This document shows positions 22,801-34,391 of a stretch of 43,773 bases of DNA, one piece after another. The stretch covers positions 1 to 43,773 of the forward strand of contig MU271286.1 in the NCBI GenBank assembly GCA_021432655.1. The letters run 5' to 3'. Below the pieces are notes generated by a model that saw nothing but the letters and a program-made list of their open reading frames with translations, ran no database searches and was not told the origin of the DNA. Positions within the stretch are counted from its first letter, which is position 1. The number at the start of each line of letters is the position of its first letter. Source of the stretch: Atractiella rhizophila. Taxonomy: Eukaryota. Made by a program: the position numbers and the translations under genes.

Positions 22801-25800
22801 ATGGCTCCCCCTCACGCGCACCGGAAGAAAGTGTCAATAGGCGACGCAGCGACTCTCTTCGGCGCTTCCTCGAGCGGTGACGACAGCCAACCCCTTGGCT
22901 CAGAAGACTTTTTTTGGCTCTCTATCTTCCTCTTCGAATTTCGGTTCAAGGCCGGAAACGGTGCAGGAAGAAGAAGAACCAGTCGAGAATTACCCTTCCG
23001 GACAAAATGAGAAAGATAGGAGTCCGGGTCAGCAGGCTGGAGGCCTTTTCGGGGATGATGGCAATGGAGAGGACTGGTTAGGCTCGTCGAACGCGGGAGT
23101 AGCGAATGAAGCGGTACATGGATTGGAATATGGTGGATACGGAACGGGAGGATATTATGGTCAGCAGCAGGAGGCGCAAAATGGGTATGACTACTCTGTT
23201 TCGCATGGAGGTGGGACCGGTTATGACGAGCAAGCATCATATTATCCACAAGATCCTTACGGTCAACAAAGCACGCAGGATTATTACCAGCAACAGCCCC
23301 AGCAGACGAACGGGTACGGGTACCCTGAGTTTCAACAGGCGGACTATTCCTACCCTCAATCTCAAACCTCTGATCCCTATGCGACTCAAACGGCTGCCTC
23401 TCCATATGCTCCTACGACGACAAGCTCCTATGGTCAGAATACCTCTTTATATAATCATCAGCAACAACAGCCTCCGTCCCCGCAGGATCAAGCCTCCTTC
23501 TCGTCCTACCATCCTTCGCATGATCAAGCCCACGGGTCCTCTTTGTACGACCAGGCGCAGGGAGCGTCTTACTACCCTTCACAAGCCAAGCACACGGTCA
23601 AGGTTCTTCGTTTTATGACCAGCAAGGTTATTCTGGGTCTCAAGCTCCTGCCCCAGCCGCGAATGGGACGGATGCCTACCCCTCGATGTATGGTCAGGCA
23701 CGGGCTGCCACAGGTGAGTTCACTCGTACAACCCAGAACTAACCATTAAATGAGTGGTGTGGACAGCGCCAGCGCCGGCTGACTCTTACCTCTCTCCTAA
23801 CGCGTCGTCTTCTCTCCCTGCTCCACCAGCCCAGCCACAACCCGTGTCAACCCCGTATAAACCACCAACGAGCAGTATTGGAGCGTACGACGATCCTTAT
23901 GCTCCTATTCAACCCGTACAAGCGGCGTCGGATGCACCTCCAACTATGGCGAATGCGGGATCGATCATCCCTCCACCTCCAACAGCGCAGAAGACATTCC
24001 CTCCTCCTCCTGCGTCCTCGTCATACCACACAACGTCAACCTCACCACCTCCCGCATCCACAACTCCTTCCTTCGGCACTGTCAACCAAGCGTATGACGA
24101 TCCCTATGCCGTGTATGACCCGGACAGACAAACATATGGTGATCCTGAGCCGTTGACCACGACAACGAAGAGGGCACATGTGTTTTCTCCCCCTCCATCG
24201 ACATTTACCCCTCCACCAAGCCGCACGCAGCCGAGGACCAGTTTTTCGCCCCCTCCCCCTCAGCAGCAGAGGAATACTTTCAGTCCGCCACCAAAAAGCA
24301 CTTTTAGTCCACCACCAAAAAGCACTTTCAGTCCGCCCCCAAAGAGCACTTTCAGCCCACCACCAAAGGCAACGACCATACCGCCTCCGCCAAAAAGTAC
24401 TTTTTCACCCCCTCCAGCGCAGGTGACTGTCTCCCCACCTCCCCCAAGCACTTTCTCTCCCCCACCGAGCACCTTCTCCCCTCCTCCTAAAGCCACAAGC
24501 ACTACAGTCTCTGCTCCGCCTACCACGCAGCACAACATCGTTCCAGAACTTGCGCTCCAACCCTCAACACCTGGTGACGGCGAAACTAGCTTTTCTTTGT
24601 CGGATGCGGAGATGGGAGGCCATGGACAAGGAGCATCGCTCATGGTTGCAGAGGAGGAAGAGGACGAATGGGCGATGGGGAGAGAACGGAGCGGGACGAT
24701 AAGACCTGGACAGGGAGGAGGTGCGGCTGCAGTCATGCAGGTACAGGAGGAGAGTGCATGGGGCGGAGGAATGGAGGAATTTGGAGGACCGGACTTTGGA
24801 GGGCTAGGGGCGGAGATGAAGGAAGAAGGGCTCGATGGTTCCGATTTCTACAGTGGAACCCAACGGCATCAACAGCAACAGCAAACGTATAATCAATCGC
24901 AACATCAATCTTACGACACTTCCTTGTCCTATGGATCCCAACCGCAACACTCGTACGACGCTTATAACCCCTACGCGAGTCCAGTTGTCCCCTCCTCGTC
25001 CTTCGAATCCGTCCCACCTGCTTCTGCTCCCCAAGCCGAGCAAGCAAGAAACGTCGCCTCTCCCCCACCCAGGGTCTTTGTCTCCCCTCCTCCTGCAGCA
25101 AGCCCTCCGACGAGTATCAGACCAATGATGTCCATGCCTTCTTTCTCAGAGGATCCTTACGCACCTCCACCAGTTCAACAGCCTATACGACCCCAAAGCG
25201 TAGTTGACCCCCAATCTCGAAGGGCAAGAATGATGCGCCAACAGAGCACAGATTCCTTTTCTTCTTTTGGCGAAGTCATCAACCCTTCTATGGGTCCATC
25301 TGCTGGGACGGCGGCAGAGGATAGACGTCCGGCGGTCCCATCTGTGCGTTTTGGACGGGGTGGGAAAATTGTCACTTTCTTCCCGGAGGCGACGGGGATG
25401 GCGAATGGCATGTATGGAATGTCGATGGGCGGACAAAGTGTTCAGATTAGAAGTATTGAAGCTATCTTGCCTACCAATGAGGGGATCAAGACTTTTCCGG
25501 GACCTGTGTTCATGGATGGAGGGAAGGGAAATGTGGGAAAGAAGAGGAAAGAGGTGATGGTTTGGTTGGATGGAAGAATAGAAGAATTGGAGAAAGAGGT
25601 ACAGTATATGGTTGGTTCTGGTATTCAGCCGATGGAGAAAGAAAGGAGGGTCGAAGATCGCCTAGCCCTTTTCAAGATTGTCAAAGCGCTCGTGGAGAAT
25701 GAAGGACGTCTGACAGGTTCATCCAAAGCTGAAAACGCTGTACGAGCAATCCTCGTACCCTACGCTGCGAACGCAGCAGATATTACGGATGCTGACCTTC

Positions 25801-28556
25801 CCCTCGCTTCTGAAATCGGCTTTAACCCCCTTACACCCAACACACCGTCCTTCAACACCCATTCATCTTCTCCAGTCGCAACCTACACCGTCCTTTCGAG
25901 CCATATTGAGAAGATTCACTCGATCCTCCTTTGTGGAGAAAAGAAGAAAGCGCTTAAGTATACGATTGATAGGAAACTTTGGGCTCATGCCTTCGTTATC
26001 GCAAGTGCGGTGGATCAAGAAGCTTGGAAGGAGGTTGCACAGGAGTTCATCAAGCACGAGCTTGGCGCTGGACCGGGTGGAAGTAACGGGAAAGAAAGCT
26101 TAAGGGTTGCCTACAGCTTATTTGCTGGCGCTGGTGCTAACTCCAGTCCGTCGTTTTCGTTTTACATACAAGCAGACCTGATAGAGTCATGCAGTACAAG
26201 AGTTCCTCCCTCCTCGACCTCTAAATGCTGGTCCAACCTTCGGTTCTCATCTATCAGCTAATGGCCCCAATCACTCCCAACCTGTGGCGACTCCGATGTC
26301 ATCTAACTTTCCTGACCTTTCGCTTTACTCCAACATTTCGAATGATGTGCTAGACAAATGGAGGGAGACGGCCGCTATGATCATAAGCAATCAACCAAAT
26401 GGCGATTCGGCGACTTTAACAGCGTTGGGAGATACGCTGGGTAATAATGGTTGGAATGACGCGGCACACGTCTGGTTTGTTTCCCACTCTCAACCTCGAA
26501 TGAGCCCTTGCTAATCTGCTGCTACCAGCTATTTACTGTCACCTCAGACGTCGCCCTTCGGTTCCAGCAGGTTCAGTGTCGTAGGAAGGAAGGGCTCTTT
26601 GGTCGGTGGTCATTCTCATGGAGACGACTACGAAGGCGTCATGCTCACCGAAATTGTCGAATTCGCGTTATCTCTGACACCAGTCCTAAAGGGTCAAGAT
26701 CCCTATTGTGGTCTACCACATTTGCAGTCCTTTAAGCTGCTCAGGGCATTGCAGCTTATGGATACGGGAAATACGGTAGATGCTCAGAGGTTCGTATCAT
26801 TGCCTTTCTTCGAAAACTGAAGTAACAATGGGGTAAAGATATCATGACGCAATTATGGCGACCCTCAAGCTTTCAAAACGGCCATCACCATATTACAATC
26901 CCGACTTCTTGTCACAGGTTGGAGAGCTTTCCCTCAACTTGAATCCAACAACTGGAGGAAAATCCAAGAGTGGTTGGACGAAATTGCAAAAGCCCACGCT
27001 GGATTCTCTTTGGAACACGATGGAAGGAACTTTCAGTAAGCTCGTTGCAGGGGATGACAATCCAACGGAGTCGAGCAAGGATAATGTTTCTACATCATCC
27101 GCTGCCCCTATCGGACCCTTTTCTCACTACTCTTCCATCTCCTCAACACCGAACTCACGTCCCCAATCTGTGACTGGTTATCATCGGGATAGCATGGATT
27201 CTGTCCGCTCTACCGACCCTTACGCTCCCGCCTGGTCAAATTCGTCAGATCCCTACACTCCTGCTTGGTCCAAACCGACAGATGCTTATACCCCTCATGC
27301 ATGGTCTGGTCAACGCTTCGACAACGAACAATACGCTGCGGACGCTACTCCGACTCAGTCTCATAATCCCATCAACACGATGAACCCACTAAGCACGGAG
27401 CCTGCACAAATGCAGGCAACCGAAGCTCACTCCAACGCTGGTGCGAGTTGGTGGAGCAGCGTTGATGCTTCCGGTGGTGGAGATAATGCGCGACCTGTGT
27501 TCGTCAGCACCCCACTTCAGTCGTCCTTCAACGAAGACAATTCGGGTTTCATATCTCCAATGGCATCGTCCATGAATTTTGGTGGCTTGCCTTCAAGAGG
27601 ACACACGCCATCTGGTTTGAGGGAAGCCACGTTCCCTGATGAACTGGAGGATATTGAAGATCTAGGATTTGGGAATTCAAGTGGGAGGCGTAAGCAGACA
27701 TTAGATGAGGCAAAGGACAAGCCAAAGCCTGTTGTTGAGAACAAGTTCACGGAGACCCCAAGACAGTCCATGGACTCGAAAAAGTCGGATGACACTCCTG
27801 AGCGGCGTGAGTTATCCTTCTGTACGAGTTGACTCCATGCTGATAAACCCAGCAGCGCCAATCAAACCCGCATCTTCTTCCTCTTGGCTTGGCCGTTGGT
27901 TCAGGAGAGATTCCACGCCAACACCAGGCACTGAGAAGGTTGGTCCGACGAGAGCGAATCTGGGCGAACAAACTTCGTTTTACTACGACCCGAATTTGAA
28001 ACGTTGGGTCAACAAAAAAGTGAGTACCACTGTGTTCCCAAAATTTACAGTGACTGATCGACAGCCTCAGGTCGGCGCGGATACTTCTCCCTCTCCCACA
28101 CCACCCCCTCCTCGTGCGGCTACTGCTTCTCCTACTCAAGCTGCAAGAAAATCGTCAGAGTCCACCTCGGGTTCGACTTTGGGGGTCGGACTCACAATCC
28201 CGCCACCGCCAAAATCTGCTTCTGTGGCCAACTTCCGGGACATTCAACGACCAGTCACTACTGATGGTGATACCCGTCGAATGTCCCTCAACGTGCCGCC
28301 TACGCTCGGCAGTCCTCTCCCTCCTGTACCTTCCAGCCCGCTCACACCAGGTGGCATTTCACCATCGAACGATCTCCAGGTCAACTTAGGATTGGGTCCA
28401 CCACCCCCAAGTCCAGGGCCACCTCCGCCGAGCCCTGGAGCTGGGACAGGCCAACTGGCCACTCCAATGGGGGATGGATCGGCACCACCGACGATGGGCA
28501 AAGTGCCTGCCGGAAAGAGGAAGAATTTGAAGAGCCGTTACGTGACCGTGACATGA
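22801..28556 (+). CDS. SEC16: COPII coat assembly protein Sec16; two apparent frameshifts in exon 1
   Basis: Low-complexity N-terminus; central conserved region ([82 protein letters not shown]); C-terminal [23 protein letters not shown] and terminal KSRYV. Confidence 0.92.
24276..24492 (+). repeat. Coding 24-nt tandem repeat (TFSPPPKS) in SEC16
   Basis: Four consecutive units start at 24276, with degenerate units following. Third codon positions differ between units. Confidence 0.9.
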
Positions 28557-29510
28557 AAAATAGAAGAGGACATCACGCCCTCTGCTTTCTGACTCCCTCT
28601 GCTTTCTGTTTAGTTTAGTTTATCTTCTGGTGCACCGGTTGGAACTGACGTTTATATCGGTATTGTTTGTTGATAATGTATTTCTAATTGCAACTCACGC
28701 ATCTTTCAAAGACTTCAATATTGGTTGAGAGCATGACTCAATATTAGGCTGCTGATGACGCAACTGATCGAGCACTCAACATCTTGCAGCAGGACTTGAG
28801 AGATCTCATAAAGATCAGATTTGTGTACACTGGCTGAAGGTGCGCACCTTCACTTTACATGGTGGGATTTGTTGTAGATTCGGTAGATTGTGAGGTGCAG
28901 CGAGAAGTGGACAAGGCACTGCTTCAATAGCTTCAATGTTGAAAAGAGAGTGCGAGGCAAGGAGACGGTGCCATTTACTAATATTCTCTGATTAAAATGT
29001 GGTATTGCCGTTCTCTCAAGCATCTCAAGCTGCTGAAATTCTTGGATGAAAATCAACAACTATCTAATTGTGGGCTCCTCTTTCTAGCGTATCCACCCTG
29101 TTTGACGCAGTACACAAAGTCACCAACTTATTCGACTGTTCATGACTGAGTAAATTAAAAACTACAATCAAGAACAAAGGTTGTATCATTTAATGTGCCA
29201 TTGACAAGACATCCCGCAATCTGACGTGCTTGCTTTGTTATTGACACCGCTCTCGCGGTGGTGTAGGAGTATCTCTTGACGAAGAACTAATGAGTGTGTT
29301 TTCACAATGCGCGACGGTCTCATCTTTCAACGAGAGACCTCCAACGCGCCCGCGGAATAAGTGTAACGGGTCACCCTCTGGCTCAACCGCACAGTCCGAA
29401 TGACTGTCCCTTCGAAATCAACAGTAGCTCAAAGTCACTTTCTGTGCCGGGTAGCCTTTGGAGTTGACCGAGCGCGCGATCTGGCGAGCCGCTTACTACT
29501 TCTATCAGCT

Positions 29511-29518
29511 CTATAAAT
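29511..29518 (+). promoter_or_regulatory. Candidate TATA box of the quinone oxidoreductase gene
   Basis: CTATAAAT lies ~65 nt upstream of ATG 29578. Confidence 0.45.
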
Positions 29519-29577
29519 CTTCGTCGAGAGCACCAGGTCGAGTTATCTGATGTTTGTAATTACATTAGGTTTCTGTC

Positions 29578-30911
29578 ATGTCCAAGATGAAAGCGATTCT
29601 TGTTGATACCGACAACGCAAACAGCGCGAGCTCTCTTCACATCGGGGAAGCTCCTATTCCAACTCCAAAACCAGGGGACGTGCTCGTCAAGGTCAGTCTC
29701 GAGCTGCTGCTTTGATGATTGTCGAACGTTTGAGGGGATGAAGGTGAAAGCTTTCGGGCTCAATAGGATGGACCTCCTTCAAAGACGCGGAAATTACCCA
29801 CTTCCACCTGATACTACGAGCATCCTTGGTGTGGAATTTAGTGGAACCATTGCCCAAGGTGCTGGAGTCTGGAAAGAGGGGGATGAAGTCTTTGGTCTCA
29901 CGGTCGGAGGAGCTTATGCTGAGTATGTTACCGCGCGAGCGACGATGGTCTTTCCCAAGGGGAAGCTGTCTTGGGAACAGGCATGTTCTTTCTTTTCTCC
30001 TGCCCCTGATAACACACAAAATGACAATGATGCTGGTTTATTAACAGGCAGCTGCCATCCCCGAGAATTATTTGACAGCCTTCCAACTACTTTTTCTGGT
30101 TGGAGACCTCAAGCAAGATGAAACAGTGGTCGTCCACGCAGCTGCATCAGGTTGCCCCCCTCCACTGCTTTCTCAATGCTCTAGCTGACATGAAAAGAGC
30201 AGGTGTTGGTATAGCTGCCATTCAGCTCGCTCGTACCCTACGCAACGCTCGGGTCCTGGGAACTGCAGGAACCGACGCGAAATGTTCATACCTGGTCGAG
30301 AAGCAAGGCGCACACAAAGCGTTCAACTACAAGACCTCGGACTGGGCAGCAGGCGTGAAGGAGGCGATTGGACCTGCCTCTGTCAACGTTGTGCTAGATC
30401 CCGTTGGGCCGAACTATTTCGACCAGGATATTGACGTCCTTGCCATGGACGGAAGGTTGGTACTTTTTGGACTGCTGGTGAGTCTATGTTTCCTTTTAGG
30501 AGGACAACCAAATCAACCCACCATGACAGAGTGGACCGGTCAAAAAGGACGGGTTGAACATGGGTCCCCTATTGTATAAAAGGATCAAGCTGCAAGGTGC
30601 GTCCTTTTGTTTAGCCTGCTTTCTTAATAGAGTAGGATTGTAGCAAGCACGTTAAGGAGTCGCGCTGGACCATACCACGACGAATTATGCAAGAGGTTCA
30701 AGGAAGAAGCACTGGAGAAATTCATGGCCTCAGGAGATTGTATTGTCATCCACAAGGTACGCATTCCTCTGCTGTCTGGCTTGTTCGTTGCCCTTGAGCT
30801 GAAATGACTGACATGGTGATGAAGGTATATAACTGGAGAAATATCGTCGAAGCGACAATGGAGATGGAAGGCGACAAGAACACGGGGAAGATTATATGTA
30901 CCATCGATTGA
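29578..30911 (+). CDS. NADPH:quinone oxidoreductase (zeta-crystallin/PIG3-type MDR)
   Basis: [85 protein letters not shown] and NTGKII; stop TGA is at 30909-30911. Confidence 0.93.
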
Positions 30912-31768
30912 GAACGAAACAAGATGTAAAACTAGCCCAGCGAAATTGGATTCTGGAATTTCTTCATTTACTTGTGGGTCATTTATCAATGATGCGATAC
31001 AGAAATCGATACGTTGCATGTTGGGTTGCCCTGGTCAGGACAACCAGGAGGAGAGCGAGAGATAGAGCAAACTAGAGAGGGAGACACAAAACAAACTGAC
31101 GGAAGAGAGCTTAGGAAGTCTTCTTGACGGTTTTCTAGAGCTACAATCGAAGATGAGAACGCACATTCTAAGAATGCAACCAAACAACCCTGTCTTGAAG
31201 AAACCAAATCCCACGATAGAAGTAGGTAGAGTTCGGAAGGATGAAATGAAGCGGACATTGAAAGGCATGGCTCATCATGGATGTTGAGTGTCGAGAAAAG
31301 GAAATTATAATACATAAGACCGCAGCCATGAAAGATGATGTCAACTTTAGTTTGCGAATGGCGCGAAGGTGAATAAGAGAGGGTATCTCGAAATATACGG
31401 CTTGAAGTTGAATTAGGTTACGTCAAGAAAAAAACGTATAAGGAAAACGGAGTGAAACTTGTGATGAACAGATTTTAGGTATTTTTGAGCTGGAAACATA
31501 TTGCAAGGTGAAAAAATAGGAAACTGAAACTGATCTGGAGAATCGAGACGAGTACACAGTCATTGGGAGCTGGAGCCCTGCACACAGCACGGGCACTGAT
31601 AGCTATAGGTTATCAACGGTTGGAGCCATTGAGGGATGAACGCATGGTTGGGTTGGGAGACCATGAAAACGCCGTAGATGAAATTGCGAAGTGCACGACC
31701 GGCAGCGATGATGGTAAACGTAAACGGAGTGGTGGTGAGGTAAGCGGTAAATATCGACGGATGCTTCT

Positions 31769-34391
31769 TCAACAGCATCCCCAAGTAGACTTCTTCACTT
31801 TATCCGCGAGATCTTCTTCTCGAAGCATGATTGAATCTCGAGATCGTAGATATCGCTCTCGCTCTTGCGACTCATTCTCTCTTTCTAAAACCTTCCCTGC
31901 GATCGTCATAAAGAGCTCCTCTATGCCTGCTCCGTTCAAATTTCTGAGCAACTATCTCCGAAGATTAGAAAAACTTACCTTCATCGTTTCTGGCACTGAC
32001 TTCCGTAACCTCAACGTCACAGTTTTCAAACGCCTCTTGATCGCTGGCTTCTTCGCTCCTCCTCCGTTCCTCCTCGTCACTCTTCCTCCCCGCCATCCAT
32101 CCAGTAAAAGCCAATCTGGAAGCATTGTTGATTCCAGAATCGTCAATCATGGAGTGACGATTGCGAGCGTTCGAATTGCTTCGGCTACTCGGGATGCTGG
32201 AAGGCTGACCAGGTTCATTAGATACTGCTTCCTCATTCTTGATTCGAGCTCTCCATCGAGCTATCATTTGGTTGGCGTAGTCGATGTCGATTACTCTTTG
32301 TTCGTGCAGATCAACCTTGGATCCAACGATGTGCACGATGGCCTCGGGGCATTTCAGACTGATCTCGCGAAGCCAATGTTCGATGTCGACGAAACTCTGC
32401 CTGTTTGTGATATCGTAAACGAGGACGATGGCTTTAGCTGTAGCCATATGAGTAAAAAGTTAGCAATAGGTGGATTCAATAGACTTACAATCCCTATAGT
32501 AGAGCTGAGTAAGAGCTCGATAACGCTCCTGTCCTGCCGTGTCCCAGAGCTGGATCCCTAATCTCATTCCGTTGTACACCAGCCTTTTCACTCCAAAAGC
32601 AGCTCCAATTGTAGTCCCCATATGCGGTGAGAATGTTCCTTGAAGGAACCTCGCGGATATCGATGATTTTCCAACACCTGTTGCGGAGACCAGACATCAA
32701 TACACCATAAAATCAACCCGATAGCCTGCAACAACACCGCGGGAGGGTCTCTCCACTGGTCGTAGATTCCACAAACAAAAATTGGCCATGATGCTTTGAG
32801 GCGCAACTAAGATCCCAGATGACAAAACCCTGTCCATCGTAAACGATGGAAGAGTTGGTTACTTTGGACATTTGTTCATCTGCAGTGAGAACTCTGCCCT
32901 TATTCGTACATCGAAGTTTTTTGAGATCAAACGACAATATTGGAACGGTTCACAGTGAAATAGGTTAGCCTGGCGATTATGCAATCGCGTAAGCTCGGTG
33001 AAGGAGGTCTCCGGCGCTGGACCTCCATCACTCTTTGAATCGTACACAGCAGCCACACAAACAAAATCTCTCCCTTGCCACGGCATCGCATCCTTCAAAA
33101 AAAAAAGCTCACCAGAATCTCCCACCAGCACGACCTTAGCCCACCTCTCCTCCTCCCTTCCGCCCATACTCTCCGCCGCACCCTCCCAATAATTCTCTCT
33201 CTCCAACACCCTCTCCCTCTCCCTGTCCGCCAAATCTCCCGGCAAGATCCCCGCTCCGAGATGATTCGAGTGGAAGCTCCTCTTCAAACCCCTTCCACCG
33301 CCCACCAGGCCGCTCGGCGGAGAGGTGGTGGAGATGGTCAAGCTCCTTCTGAGCTGTCGAGCAGTCACATGTCCGTGTCCTTGGCCCAAGTACCCGTCTT
33401 CCGTCACTCCTCCCGCTCCCAAGCTAACAGGAGTCGAGGGACTGGTGGGGAAATGACGGAGGGCTCGATTATCATCTGGAGAAGAGAAGAGGAGGGAGGA
33501 GGCGGGGGATGAGGTTGGGAAATGAACTTTTCTTCCGATGGAACCTCCCGCTCCTCCTCCTGTTCCTCCTCCGGCGGAAGGATGATGAGAGAGCGATTGA
33601 GAGTGAGAGTGCGACTGAGCGCTCGACTGACTCCTCCTATTCGTCGGTCGGTCTTTCTTCTTATGATTGTTCCTCGAATAGCTGAGCCCAGGACCGAGCG
33701 AATGTCGGAGCGGGTTCCGTCTGGAGGAGGGAATATCGTTCGAGCTGTCGGAGTCGGATGAGGACGGAGGTTGTGTGGGTGTTGGGGTGGGTGTGGGTGT
33801 GGGACGGGCAGAGTTGGAGTTGGAGAGGGTGGTGGCGAAGGATACGTAGGAGGACTCGAAGGGCGGCGGAGGAGGATGAGAGAGTCTCCTGCTGTTCGTC
33901 TGTGGCGGAGAACCGGTCGTCAGGCTTGTGGTGGACGAGTTTGGTGGTGGTTTGAGGGTCAAAGAGCTCTTGTGGGGAGGAGAAGAAGAGATCGACCTCA
34001 ACAGTTCCTGACTCGCACTGTTTCGCTTCTTCCTCTCGCTCTCCCTCCCTGTTCTTCCTAAGGATGCAGACCCGGTTCCTGTATCGTCTACTCCTTCCGG
34101 AAAAGCATACGGATCGGTAGGCAACTTCCTATGGTTTCCAACGATCTGTCCAAACTGTCCAATCTGTCCCATGGACCCTCCGAAATCGAACGAATCGGGA
34201 TGAGCGCTGATGGGGGAGGTGGACAGGACCTCTTCGAGGAGATTATCATCTGCGGAAGTGGTCGCTGAGCTCGAAGAGGAGTGTGCTGGGGAGAGGTAGG
34301 GAGGCGACGGATGGGAACGCAGCGATTGGCGCCGCGGATAAGACGGACGGGAGAACGTTGGCGGTTGTGGGGGCGGAGAGGTGGTGGTCAT
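31769..34391 (-). CDS. Rab-family GTPase (Rab5/Rab24-like) with long Ser/Pro-rich N-terminal extension
   Basis: KVVLVGDSG|VGKSS (intron 33112-32678), TTIGAAF, WDTAGQERY, LVYDIT, GSKVD and EVSAR; ends GCC*. Exon 1 is open from ATG 34391. Confidence 0.88.

Noticed and set aside
24276..24492. CRISPR-like periodicity
   Set aside because: It is a spacerless coding repeat in a eukaryotic gene.
28578..28608. Short tandem ccctctgctttctg x2 after the SEC16 stop
   Set aside because: It is an ordinary slippage duplication in a 3' UTR.
31461..31533. C/D-box-like GTGATGA...CTGA
   Set aside because: I found no terminal stem or recognisable rRNA guide, and such short motifs are common by chance.
31563..32561. 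332-aa plus-strand ORF
   Set aside because: It is the antisense shadow of the Rab exons and has no recognisable motif.
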